The notes beneath the pieces were generated by a model. That model ran no database searches, was not told the DNA's origin, and saw only the letters and a program-made list of their open reading frames with translations. From Paraspadella gotoi (Eukaryota; Animalia; Chaetognatha): 64,000 nucleotides of DNA. The position numbers and the translations under genes were made by a program. Shown here piece after piece: positions 50,891-64,000 of the stretch (positions are counted from its first letter, which is position 1; every line of letters begins with the position of its first letter). The DNA lies in NCBI GenBank assembly GCA_051294375.1, contig CM119263.1, forward strand, positions 29,842,338-29,906,337, written 5' to 3'.

Positions 50891-53800
50891 GAGAGAGAGA
50901 GAGAGAGAAGAGAGAGAGAGAAGAGGAGAGATAACGATAAAAGTACTAGGAAGGTCCCGACAAGGAATCAAATTATAATTTCAAAATTCGCGGTAAAGAC
51001 GAAAGACGACGCCGACGACGACGACGACGACGAAGAAAAGGAAAACACGAACGAAACGAACGAACTATGATGCAACGAAGACGCATACAAAAAAGTGAAG
51101 GTCACAGTTGAGGCAATTTTACCTAAATCGTTATCCTCTAATTGCCTAAAACACATTCTCGGGTTTATTTTGACCTATTTTAGGTCGTTTCCCGTTTTCT
51201 AAACTTTCTTATATATTTATAAAAAGTCTTAAATAACGGGATGCGTTATTTTTAATCGTAGCAAACCGGATTAGCTTTGTTTATTTTAAATCATTAATGA
51301 AGAAGTAAAAATTATCTAAATGTAGCAATGTTGCGCATTGTTCTTCACAAAAATTAATTTTCTCCGAATTTTAAGGTTTTAACAAGCAAAATGGGAAGTT
51401 TGTCGTTGTAAAATTAACAAATGTTTGTTGTACTCGATGATTAGAAGTTTCGAGACTCTCATAAAATTAAATGAAAATATGTAACAAATTCTTAAGAAGT
51501 AACTAGGACGACAACTCATTCGCATTTTGGTATTTTAACAAAATACGATATCTCGTCATCGTATTTCTTATGTTTTTTTTATATTTGGTGCTGAAAATCA
51601 TATTATAACCTCACGAGAAGATCACTATATTGAATACCGCATCAAAAATAAAATTTCATTATCAAATTTGGATGTCACTAAAAGAAATAAATTTAATTAA
51701 ATTGAATATGGGTAAATATGCAAATTGAGATTATAGAACTAAATCTCATTCAAGTCAAGAAAGAGTTCATCCTTCAGAAATTCGTTGACTCATTCTGTCG
51801 AAATTAAAGTACTTTTTTAAAAAATCCAAATAAAGTGGACCTTATTTTCCCTAAACGCCCATTTTATCCTAAATTTGGAATTGGGTTAGTGATTAAAGAA
51901 GTTAGGAATTAAGGTAGGGATTGGTTATAAGTTAAAAACATATTTAAATTAATATTAATTTTTCCGGATAATGGGGAAGGGGCGCTCTAAGGGAAAAGAG
52001 AGCCTTGACCTTCTTTCCCTTTTTTTTCTTGTATTCCTTTTTTTTTTCCTTTTTCCGGGTTAACTGTCGGCGGGAAAGACTAAAATACGAAAGGTTTTTT
52101 GCGTCGGAGGCTTTATAAGACTGATTTGCATCGCGACCTCATTCTTTTCTCAGCGTCAATAAACTTCACCGTGAAACCAAGAGAAGATTCATTTCATCAC
52201 AACCGACCGAGTGAAAAAAAAATACCAAAAAACGGTTTTTTAAAAGCCTTTTTTCTTTATTCATACTATTTGAAAGGGCGTCGTGAGCTGGTTTCATCCT
52301 CCTGAGCCGAGAAAGGGTTCACAACTTCAGCTGGGACAATAGTCACTAGTCAGACAGACACTAAAGGCGGGTTAGAAGCTCCCTCCACAGCTTTTTTGTA
52401 GCATCAGCAGGACGCGACCCCGGGTCCTTAGGGTTGGGAGGTGCGTGAGAGATTTGCTGCTGATTCTCTGAAGAAAATAGGGGGTAATATATACTAATAA
52501 ACATGTCTTCTTATCTATACAACGTCTCTCTTTTTTTATCCCTCACCTTCACTATTCCTTTTTATTTTTCAATCTTAATCAATTTTGGGTAATTTTCCAT
52601 TAAAATAACCGGAAATTTGATTTCTCCTTAAATGTTTAATTTAGTTTTTTTTCTTCTAATTAGTAATAACGATGTTGCGCTTCCATAAATTGCTAAAAAT
52701 GTGCCTTACCTTTTGCTCTTTAAACCCTTTTGTCTGCACCCAATTCTAAAAATGGCCTTAACCTTTTGCTCTTTACCTTTTGTCTCACCCAATTCTAAAA
52801 ATGGCCTTACATTTTGCTCTTTACCTTTTTTGTCTCACCCAATTTCTAAAAAATGGCCTACCTTTTTGCCTTACCTTGTCTACCCAATTCATAATTTTTC
52901 TATTTCCACCTTTGGCCTTCATTCTTTGAAAGAGGCTCACAAACTATCAGTTCTTAAATTGTCTCGTCTCTTCGAGTTCACCCGACACCATTTTCATGAC
53001 TTCTCAAGTGAACCCTCTTCTCTTGACCCGACCTAATTTCCCCACACCCGTCAAGGCCTTACCTCGCCGGGTAGGCCTCGCGAGAGGTAAGGCAATCTGA
53101 GGCCCCATATCTCGAGGAAGAATTCGTTTCTTCTCGTCGTCTATTGTCGTCGTTGTTGTTGTTGTTTGTTGTTGTTGCGTGGAGCGATGAGATTGTTGAT
53201 GGGATTGGGAATCTTATTGGAGAAAGATGGAGTGGTTAATTGATGCTAGAAAGAAATAAAACGCTGAGAAGACGTGTGGTTAAAATAAAAAAATATATTG
53301 TTTTGTTTTCCGACAACGAATTTATTTGTTATTATTATTATTAAAAAACGGTAGAATTATATTCAAAACAAATGATAAGAGAATAGTTTAGTTTTAATAA
53401 GTAAGTAATAATGATCTTAATAAAAAACGAATCAAGTCTCATACGCGAAGATGAAGAAGATGGAAAATGAAGATAAAACGATCGAGGAAACAAAATAAAT
53501 GGAGGCGCTGATCCAAAAAAAAGAGCAACCTTTCCTCTTATGATGATTTTTTTCGGCTTACGTTTTGCTTCGCTTTACAATTGGTAATAATAAATAATAG
53601 TAACACTCTGGGTAGTGGTCCTTTAATGAAATTGAAAACTATTTATATTTGGCATTTACATTTGTTATTACATTATTTTCTATTTAATTTATATTACTTA
53701 TTGTTATTGTTGGATTATTGTCCAAAGTACTCACTGGAGTGGAAAAAAAATAATTATTTAACTGAAGAGAAGTATTGATAAACCCAGGATCCTGCTATGT

Positions 53801-55171
53801 TATCTTAAACAACCATTGCCTTCCAAAGCCAGGAGTCAAGATCACGTATTTATTAAATGAAATAAGATACTATAATGTACAAATGTTTGCGAAACGAAAT
53901 TCTCACTGAACGAAAATCATTACCGGTCCATCATTTAACTATAATAAATCGTTTACTAAATAATAAATCGTTACTAATAAAAATCATTACTAATAATAAA
54001 TCATTAATTTCCGTAATCACATCCTGTAACTCGTCATGGGTGTTCGCCTTAGTATCGGCCGAGGGCCGTCGGTCAACTATCGTCGCGTACCGCATACAAC
54101 GGTCGTCGGCGAATCGCGCCGTCGACGAGATTTAGTTGGGGAGGTGTGCCGCTTGAAGATCTTCGAGGTGGAGCCTGTCAGCCGCGCTCGAATCTAGGAG
54201 TTAATGGGATAAGGGTAAGGCCATGAGGCCCCCCAAGGGTGTTGGAGAAATTTGGCGATCACCGTCCCTCCTCAGGGGCGATGTTATCTCACTCCCCTTT
54301 CCACAGACACCATAGAACAGCGAGCGGCCCCGTTGCTTACTTTAACCAAACTCCCTCCATAACCGGACTGCTACTCACTCCCCCCATTCTGCAGGGGCCC
54401 CTTGCTTACTAACTTCTCCTTTCGCAAGCGTGCGTGCATTAAACTGACTCCCATCCCTCTCCTGACTCCCCACCTTTCTATCCGCAGCGGCTTGCTTACT
54501 TTTAACACTTCCCCTTCGAGTGGCGGCTTGCTTAACCTCACTCCTCATATTCTATACATCTTTTATTCTTTGTTGCTTACTTCAACCTTCCCTTTGCATG
54601 GCGTTGCTATCACTCACACCCCTCACCTGCAACTCTTGTGCTTTAAACCTAACTTCCCACTACGCTCGGGACCTTCTTCGCCTTGACGACTACTCTCGCT
54701 CCTCAGCGTCAAGAAGGAAATCTATTGTCCATCGAATTTTGTGGCCGTTCCATGGTGAGTTGGAAGTGCCGATATTGCGTTATTGATGGAGTCGTGAAGC
54801 CATGGAGCCAATTTGTGGATCGATGAGCGGAATGGGGTAAAGAAAGTTGGTTTAGTGGAGTCGTTTGTAGAGGAGCGAGGAAAAAATTGAGGCGTAAGTG
54901 GAAACGGAGTGGAGCCGAGTAAAAAAAGAATACGAGATGGATATCGGGAGAATCGGAAAAAAATCTTGTTTTGTCTTTTAGGACAAGAGAATTATTAAAT
55001 GTTTGATTTTCTCTTAATGTTATTTTGTTTTCTTTATTTTTAAAAATCATTGTTCGAGTGTTCATTTAATTAATTAATTGAGAAAAAAGGATAAATGAAG
55101 AAAATTATGGCAACGATTCAAAGAAGAGTCAATGCAAGAAGAAAGGAAAAAAGGCATTCGGAAATAGAGTG

Positions 55172-55202
<31 letters not shown>

Positions 55203-55223
55203 GAGAAGAGAGAGAGGAGAGAG

Positions 55224-55257
<34 letters not shown>

Positions 55258-55383
55258 AAGGAACGGAAAGAGAGGAAAAAAACTGTCAAAATTCCTGCCA
55301 CACAAAGGCAAACGAGAAAAGGGAAAAAAGGCGGCTGGAAATAAAAATATAAAAAATTCCAAAACTTTTTCTTGCCTGACTTT

Positions 55384-55443
<60 letters not shown>

Positions 55444-56241
55444 ATCTCATTCATCTCTGCTCTTCTCTCTCCCTTCTCTCTCCTCTCTCTTGCCAACTAA
55501 AAAACTTACCTTTTCCCCCAATTTTCTAAACTTGGAGAACTTACCTGAACTTACTCTGACCTTACCTTTTTTTTCGCGAGTGAACTTTTTTTTCTTTCTG
55601 CGGAGCGCCAACGCGTAGCAAAATGCGTAACGAGGTTTCATCGACTCAATAGCTGTTAAGTCAAAATTCGTAGGCAGAGGCGTAACAGCCGCGTAGCAAA
55701 TTGTCCACTGACGAGTGGCTAAATGCCGAACAGGATGCCATACCTCCCCGTACACTGTCTCTCTCGCCGACCAAAAAACTGAAAATCGCCAAAAACTAAG
55801 CAGAAAACAAATGATCTTCAAGAGAAAGCGAGGGAAGTGTCCTAAGGAATTTTTTTTTTTTTTTTTTTTTGTACATGAAATAACGCTGGGAATGCAGTTT
55901 CCTCTCTCATGAAACACGAAAAAGCATTACCCTATGGGAGAATAGATAAAGGAGGAGGAGGAGGAGGAAAAGGAAGAAGGAGGAGGAGGAAGGACCGGGA
56001 TGGACTATTCGTCGTCGCACGAAGACATTCGGTCACCTATCAAAAAAGAGTTCGTCTCTTTTTTAAGAGACAGAGTGACGTTCGATTATACTATGTATTT
56101 TGGGATATTTTTTATGTTGTGAAAGTATTTTTAAACATTTTAGTTTACTTTTAACTGAAACCTTACGAGAACGGTTGAATGTTATTTAATTCTGAGAGAT
56201 ATTTTTAGGACAAATGAATTTTTTTATGCTCTTTTCTCTTT

Positions 56242-56288
<47 letters not shown>

Positions 56289-56895
56289 TCTCTCTCTCTC
56301 GTATCTCTCTCCCTCCTCCCCCCAGAAAGCTGTTGATTTCCTCAAATTCGATTCGAGCTCATTTCTTCGAGTCATAAGGGACGGCACCATCTAGAGTCAA
56401 CCTCCACATCCGATATTGCAGGAGATGGTGAGGAAGATGAGCTGTTCTGCTGCATGCTGCTGCTTTTGTTGCTACTGCTGCTGTTGTTGTGTTATCATTG
56501 ACGCTGCCTGCTGCTGCTAGTGGTTGTTGTGCTGTTGACACTGATTATGATAATTAATGATGATGATATGATGAGATGATGATGAATATTACAAATATAT
56601 AAAACTGATAAAGAAGAATGATAATAATATGATGATGAGAATGATAAATTACATGATTATCAAATTTTAATGAATAAGACGGTCAATAAAAATTATAAAT
56701 TAGAAGTTATATCGGTTTTCTCTTTTACAGACGTAACACTTTAACACAAAACTTGAAATAAAAATAAAAATATTGACCGCATAAAAAGAAATAAAAAATA
56801 TAAATTATAATATTATGAGCATAAGAGTTCCAATTACATATATAAACTTCACTGAGTCTTAAAACAATTCCACTAAACGCCCCCTTTTCCCTCAG

Positions 56896-57113
56896 TCGAT
56901 CAAATCACGGATTTCGCGACGACGACGACAACGGATTCTCATCCCCGGATGTGAGAAGCGGACGGACGGCAGATGTGAGAAGCGGACGGGCGATGGACGC
57001 CAGAGAAGCGGAGATTCGCGCCGCCGACGAAGCGGTCATTCTCAAATCGGACAGCATCGAAAAGATGGCGCTGCCTTCGGTCGTTGTCGAGCGACAGGGT
57101 AAAGAGAGTCAGT

Positions 57114-57182
<69 letters not shown>

Positions 57183-57874
57183 CAATTCCTTTGATTCAGT
57201 GAAAAGCGAGGATTGGAATCCAACTCGGGACGGACGAAACGAATCTCGAGTTGACGGATCCTGGAAACCGGAAACGAAACAAGTTAACTTTGACCTGGGT
57301 TAGTTTAGGCGACCGGTGAAAGGGTCGGGTCCGTGATCCAAACTTATTCTACGACTCCCGATAGTGTTTTACATGATGGGATACTGTTTGGCTGTTTTGT
57401 ACTTCACGACCTATTTAAATTACCTTACTTAACTGATCTAATGAAATGATAAGAAAATAAAACCGAATTGCTCTAATATGCAAATTAGATTGAGGAGTTA
57501 CGATTTTAAATTCTAAAATTTATTGTGAGAATAAATCTGATTTGGGTAAGTCCTACAGACAGAAATTTTTTTTAAAATTTCCTGTCATAATTTACTTTAA
57601 TTACTTAAGGGACCTTATGAAATTACAGAGAATTTAAATATATTATATGAACAAATGCGATTTGGGTAAGTACAAGACTACTCCCCCCATTTTCCGCCAG
57701 AGAGGCCACGCCCTTCCCGCCCTCGTCCGACGCAGGCCGTCGCGCCACGGCGACGACCCGCCTGCTGCTCCGCCGCTGCTGACGATGAGGAGGAGGAGCA
57801 GTATTTGGCGTCGCTTAGCAACGGGAAGAGAATCAGCATCGTTTCTCTCGCCGTCGCTGATCCGCGCGTCGTGG
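56896..57874 (+). CDS. Two probable exons upstream of the rhomboid core
   Basis: 56896-57098 (RSNHGFRDDDDNGF...VVERQ) and 57701-57874 (RPRPS...DDEEEEQYLASL...DPRVV); GC-rich, good acceptors and donors, compatible phases. Confidence 0.55.
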
Positions 57875-57944
57875 GTGAGGGAGAGGGGGGGGTATTAGAG
57901 TGGGAGGTGAGAGTCGGTGCTTGTTGGGGTGAGTTGTGTAAGAG

Positions 57945-59150
57945 CGCGTGCTTGACAGATGCTCCTTGGCCGACGAGGACCACCGCTTCAAATAAATAGT
58001 CTGCAGCTCACCAGTCTCACAGACTCACGAAACGGATCCTTATTTTTTTCGGGTTGGTCAGAAAAGTTTCTCACTCATTTCCTCTTTTTTTTTCCTTCCA
58101 TTCAGTGGTGACACCCAAGAGATTTGGTATCGTTATTGGCTCCAGTCTTTGAAAAGTTCGTCGGGCCACTCGGCTTCTGTTATCAACGCTTGGCCTTCCA
58201 TTCATCTCAAATCATCGATAACCCGCCCTCCTGCCATTTATTGTTGTTGCACGTGAGAGAAAATCGCAGAGCAATGGGGGTTTTAATATCAGCTGTTTCT
58301 TATGATATAATCCTTTCCATGTCATGTATCATTGCTATTTNNNNNNNNNNNNNNNNNNNNNNNNNAGCTAATATTGTTTAAAGTGAAGTTCAATATATAG
58401 ACAACAAAATTACAGTTTTGTCTCAGTGGTTAAAAGTAAAAAAAAAATGATAAACGATTAAAATCGATTTTTCTCAGACTCAAAATTTTGAACATGAAAT
58501 TTAGTTACACCATTTGGAAACGGTTAAATTTAACAACAACAAAATTTCTTGGCAGCTTCGTGGTGGAAAGGTTAGAGCTGGTTAAGAAAAGCAACCTGAG
58601 AATGGGTACCTTGGATGTAGATGAGAGTGAGCCGTGCAGAGGACGAACTTAAGCGATGGTGAACAACATTGATCAGCACCAAAAAAGTTTGGCAGGCATG
58701 TCCGTGAGTTAGTCAAGTGATTAGTGCGACGAGCCGAGATCAACGAACGAAGCTTGCATTGCTTGCCAGAGCGTGCTTGACAGATGCTCTTGGCCCGACG
58801 AGGACCACCGCTTCAATAAATAGCGCTGCAGCTCAGTCCAAGACTCACGAAACGGATCCTTATTTTTTTTCGGTGTGGTCAGAAAAGTTTCTCATCATTT
58901 CCTCTTTTTTTTTTCCTTCCATTCGTGGTGCACCCAAGAGATTGGATACGTTATTGGCTCCAGTCTTTGAAAAGTTCGTCGGTGCCACGGCTTCTGTTAT
59001 CAACGCTGCCTTCCTTCATCTCAAATTCATCGCAACCCGCACCTGCCATTTATTGTTGCACGTGAGAGACTGCAGAGCCAATGGGGGTGTAAATATCAGC
59101 TGTTTCTTATGATATAATCCTTATCCATGTCATGTTACATTGCCTATTTT
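57945..59150. repeat. Tandem ~390-bp duplication around an N-gap (57945-58340 vs 58770-59150); probable artefact
   Basis: Near-identical copies with scattered indels; both contain an LAPVFEKF segment resembling a rhomboid EF-hand helix. Confidence 0.7.
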
Positions 59151-59567
59151 TTCTAAATATTCAGAAAAGTCTTATGTTTGTCTGTTATCTATCTCTCTCT
59201 TTTTATTGCTATTTTCTAAATATCAGAAAACGTCTTATGTTTGTCTGTTATCTAATCTTTTCAAGTCATGCTATCTTTCCATGATATCTAAATTTTAAAT
59301 ATCGTTAATTATTTTACCATGTCATCTTATATTTACATGAAATCAAATAATCATATGACTACAAATATTTCCCTGTCATTCTCCTTTCATCTCATCTCTC
59401 AAGTTTGCTCTCTCTTTTACCGTTAAAACCCAATCTATTTCCATTGTCTAATATTTTTTTTGACAAAAATAGCATTAAAAGTGTTATCAAATCTTCCAAT
59501 ATAATCAGATATATTCTCTAAACTTTCTCCGTCTCCTGATCTTGCCATCTTTCTCATCACCGACCAG

Positions 59568-60778
59568 GAATACCTGATGAGCAACGAGAGATCTCAGACT
59601 CGAAAGGGTTGGTGCCACATTCCTTGTCGGCTGCCCGACGCCGCCCGACAGGAACTGCTCCGTCTGACCGCCAATGCAGACAAAGATGATTGGATCTCTT
59701 ACCAACAGGTTGGAAATATAGGTTCTCACCTCACCCACTTTGTTTTCTGAAAGAAAACAGAGCAAACAAATAATTACTGGAATGGTCGCAAAAGGTTCCT
59801 ATGTTAACAATAAAAGCGAACAATAAGGGAAAATATAAAAGAAATCAAGCAATTCCAGCCACATGCGGGGGCAACTCAATCGGGAAGCAAAAATGATAAC
59901 GGGTTTGTATTTTATTTGGCTACCTTTTCCATAATGATCCTAAATTTAGAATTTAGTTAATTTTTAGATTTAAAAATATTGTTAGATCTAAGGGTTAAGG
60001 ATTAGGGATCATGGAGCTCAAACGAGGCGCTCTAGAAAAATTGTATCTTTCATAAGTATATTTTATATTCGACTTTCGGAATCCACCATCTTAATTTATC
60101 TTTTATAAATATTCCTACGTCTGAAAAAATAAACAGTGTTAATTTTATAAAATATTTTTCCTAATTTTAATTCCTGACCCCCTCTGGGTTATAAAAAATT
60201 TGTTCCAAAGCTTGAAGGAACCTGCAATATTATTATCTTGTAAGAGAGACGGAGGGCTTAACTGTTCAAAGTCAATAGACATGATTTAACTCATTATAGA
60301 ATGAATCTAAAATAAGCGAATAGGTGAATAATCGAGACTGTGAGAGTCTTGCTTGAAAGCTTGCGTGGTCCTGCTATGTCATTATCTAGTAGGAGTGATG
60401 GAGGCCTTAAACCATCAAAGCCTGTCCAAAGTCAGGGGCAATATAGCTTTTTTATTAAATGAATGGATAGTTTTTATATTGGTTGTACCAATTTATTTAT
60501 TTAATAATGATTGTTTCAATTTCATAACCAAACTCTTTTCTTCCTTTCTCCATCTCCCCTCATCATCTCAGTTCGTGTCCGTGATTCTGCAAGACAATCG
60601 CAATGTCCGACCCTTTGCCACCAACCAATCTGGTTTCTCCCATCTGCTGCAAGATTCCGTTGATGCCGTCATCCCCAAATGGTACCATCAGTATTACGCC
60701 GACTGCAATCCTCCGCCGCTTTTCTTGCCGATTCTTACTCTCTTGCAGGTAAGACGATACTCACTCTCTGTCTTTATT

Positions 60779-60824
<46 letters not shown>

Positions 60825-63800
60825 CCCTCTCTCCCCCTCTCTCTCAGATCATTCTCTTCATCTACTACACCTCGTCGCTAGGCAACGGAGGCGCTTCCAC
60901 GCCCGTCCCTTATAATTCTCCTTTAATCTACGATCCACATCGGCGCTACGAGGTTTTTGTTTTTTGTTTTATTATTTTTTGTTTCATTTCGTTTTCCTTT
61001 GTCGACTCCTGTTTTATGTTTTGTCAGAGTTACATGAAGCTCTAAGATAATAATAATTTTAAGTGGCATTACTCTAGTAGTTTAACGATAATTATAAATA
61101 TTTGTATTCTTTCAGTTTTTCATACCAAAAATAAATGTTCATATAAATAGTATTGAATCAATATTATCGTTATCATCAATATCCCATTGTCAAATATCTA
61201 TTCAGAAAGAGACTGACCACCGGCGGTGATTTCAGGTGAGGATTTAGCTTAATCGCGATCATCATCATCATCATTGTTGTTGTTGTTGTTGTTTTTGTTG
61301 TTGTTGTTGTTGTTGTTGCTGTAGCTAAAATATATATATTTCTTTTCAAATTGGTTAATCCTGCCAATTTAAGGTAACTTTTTTCATTAAAATTTACAAT
61401 AAATCGATGAGTTTTTTTTTAATATTCCTTTGAATCTTGTATTTCAATGTTATCATGCCATCATTGTGTCTATTTCACGCTAATATAAAAAGATAACTTA
61501 AAACCTTTGTCCCTGTAAGATCTGGCGTTACGTGACATATGTTCTTCTTCACGCTGGTTACATTCACTTCATCATCAACATCGTTTTTCAACTCATCGTC
61601 GGTTTGCCACTCNNNNNNNNNNCATGATGGAAAAAAAATTTATTATAGCAACTGTTTAACTATTATTTATTTTTTATATATATTTAATTTTTTAAATTTT
61701 ATATTTTTAAAAGCATATTCAGATAGCTTATAAAAAGTTTTTACAAAATATATTTTTTTTTTGGGTTATTTTTATTTTTGTTGGCCGGGGTTAGGAAGAG
61801 TTAGGTAGGGGTTAGGGTTAAGAATTGTTTAGGGGTGGTTTAGGGTTAGAGGTGGGTTAGGGGTGGTTAGGGTTAAAAAGGTTTAGGGTTAGGGTAATTT
61901 GATAATATTTAAAAAAAATTTTTTTTTAAATAAATATTTTCAAATAGTTTTTAAAAGCCGTAGTTGTCTAAGTAAAATTCAACCTTTTTTTCAATATTTT
62001 GATGATAAGTGGGTTAAAATTGAGAAAACTTAAAAAAATTATTATCATCATAATTTTTAATAATAAAATATTAAAATTTTAAAAAGTAATATAATTTTTG
62101 CTTAACCCTTTTAGCTCTATCAGAATCAATTAAAAAAATTTTAAATATAAAAAAATTTGTTTATATTATATGATTTTATTAAGATATTACTACATAATTT
62201 AATTGATTATACTGTTATGTTAAAAAATGTTTTAAAGTATTTAAAATTTATTAATTATATGTCCATAGGCAGTACCCTATTGTGCAGTAATAATAAATTT
62301 TTTTTTAAATTAATTTTTTTTTATTATTTGTTAAAAATTATTTTTTATCATAAATCCAATAAAATATTTAAAATTCTTAAAAATTAATATGTTTAAAGAG
62401 TAATTTTTAAAAAAATTAAAGATATTTAAATATTATAATTTTTTAATATTTTATGGTTATTTTTATATTAATGATTAGGTAATAATTATAAAATTATTAT
62501 AATTAATATAAAATTATTTTTTTATCTAATAAATAAATTTTCTTTTTAATTTTGGATAGGTTCTGGTGGTTTAAAGCTTGTATCACTTTTATAAAATAAT
62601 AACATAAGGTTAAGAATAAATTAAGATTAAATTAAGTTAAGAAACCGTGACAATTTTTTTTCCATCATGGTATATCATTTTCCATTGAATAAAAACTAAA
62701 TTCCACCCACTCTTTCTGCCGTCATTACATCGTCGTAGACTTTACATCGTCTTCGTATCTCCCTCTCCTTTTTAGGGCCTTGTAGCATCATCGNNNNNNN
62801 NNNCTAATTCCTAACTAATTTAATTCTAAATTTTAAGCTGAAATTGAACGCTCTTGAAAAATATAGTCTTGTCAATTCTTTTTTTTTATGATTCGACGTC
62901 AAATTAGTATTTGTCCCTTCCCGCTTTACCCCCCCTCTTACTTTTTTTAAAGAACTTACCCTTTTTCGTGAAGATACTCCTTTCCAAATTTCTCAAACTG
63001 TCAACCTTTAATCGTTTGGTTTCGTCTGCTTTTTTTATCTTTTCCCGTTTTAAACTTTTCCTCTTTTCCACCTGAAACCGAAAACCCAAAGGATTTTGGG
63101 CGAATAACAACCGAACGAAACTTTCCCTCTTTTTCTCAACTTCATCTTTTTGAGAATCCGCAAAGTTCACGATTCATAAAACATTTTACGTTCACTCAGG
63201 TCGTTCACAAATGGTGGAGAATTGCCATCATTTATCTCATGGGTGCATTGGGTGGATCATTGGCGCATTCCATCACAGGTATGGAATTTCGTTACCGTCG
63301 TCATTTTTTTGTTGTTGATCTAATCTAACCTAACATAACCTTTTGTGTTCCCTTTCCTTCCTCCGTAAAAAATTAATAAGAGTCTCTCAATCTCATTTGT
63401 ATATTGTCGTATTTTGGTTGAATATTGATAAATTTCTATTCTGTTATTATAGAAGTTACATTTTCTTAAATTAAGAATCGTAATTAGGATTGACAATTGT
63501 TCATATCATGAATTAATGAAATTAATTGTGATTTATTTATGAGATAAATATTTAAAGTTTTACTTATCAAATATATATGTATATAAAGTTATGGGTATAA
63601 AATATAACTTCTACCAGCTCTTTCAGTTGATTTGAAATCTTTTCTTTTTATTTCTTCTGTTATTTTCTTTGAATTTGAAAAAATTATCTTTCAGAAAATG
63701 TCATTATGTCATTTTGGATCCTCTGTCTTGATTATTTTATTAAATTTAAAAAAATATCATTACAAAAAAAGTGTGCACCCTCATCCATTCTGCATTCCTC

Positions 63801-63966
63801 AACTTCTTGCTGTCGCCAGATTTCGACACCTTCCTCGTTGGAGCCTCTGGAGGATGCTACGCCCTGATGGTGGCGCACCTCGCCAATGTTCTCCTCAACT
63901 TTAACGAGATGCGATTCGGTGTCGTCAGAATCGTAGTCGTCGTCGTCGTCGCTCTAATTGACACGG
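59568..63966 (+). CDS. Rhomboid intramembrane serine protease (RHBDL/rhomboid-4-like, EF-hand N-terminus); 3' end outside the window
   Basis: Exons 59568 (or 59509)-59708 (ANADKDDWISYQQ, EF-hand), 60572-60748 (FVSVIL...CNPPPLFLPILTLLQ), 60848-60952 (SPLIYDPHRRYE), 61520-61612+gap (IWRYVTYVLLHAGYIHFIINIVFQLIVGLPL), 63200-63278 (VVHKWWRIAIIYLMGALGGSL), 63820-63966 (LVGASGGCYALMVAHLANVLLNF, catalytic GASG). Confidence 0.93.
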
Positions 63967-64000
63967 GTCGGAAAATGACGGATTTTGTCTCTCTCTCTCT

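Noticed and set aside
59572-59610. CTGATGAG...CGAAA hammerhead-like motif
   Set aside because: Lies in a rhomboid coding exon; stems II and III do not pair.
61785-61900. True telomere
   Set aside because: Short, degenerate and intronic TTAGGG-like tract, like those in the MITE cores.

Overview
AT-rich, (GA)n/(CT)n-microsatellite-dense invertebrate metazoan genomic DNA with spliceosomal genes and N-gaps; most supplied ORFs are low-complexity artefacts. Manual exon chaining with splice-phase checks gives five genes: (1) the 3' part of an SLC6 Na+/Cl- neurotransmitter/amino-acid transporter (+, 228-20605); (2) a complete 11-exon, ~565-aa secreted Cys/Lys-rich repeat protein nested antisense in an SLC6 intron (-, 4714-8676); (3) a type II transmembrane C-type lectin with cytoplasmic Tyr motifs (+, 26941-36043); (4) a CTHRC1 C-terminal-domain gene (-, 38340-42120, 5' end not found); (5) an EF-hand rhomboid protease (+, core 59568-63966), possibly with a long N-terminal extension from 43699. 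Non-coding highlights: a ~650-bp miniature LTR retroelement with tRNA-derived LTRs, tRNA-Trp-like PBS, PPT and 4-bp TSD (2494-3147); two Penelope-type minimal hammerhead ribozymes (16.86 kb, 36.89 kb); a MITE family with TTAGGG-like cores. A ~7-kb inverted duplication (41.8-48.4 kb vs 49.6-56.7 kb) and two gap-flanking tandem duplications look like assembly artefacts. All family assignments are by eye from recalled motifs; no searches were run.
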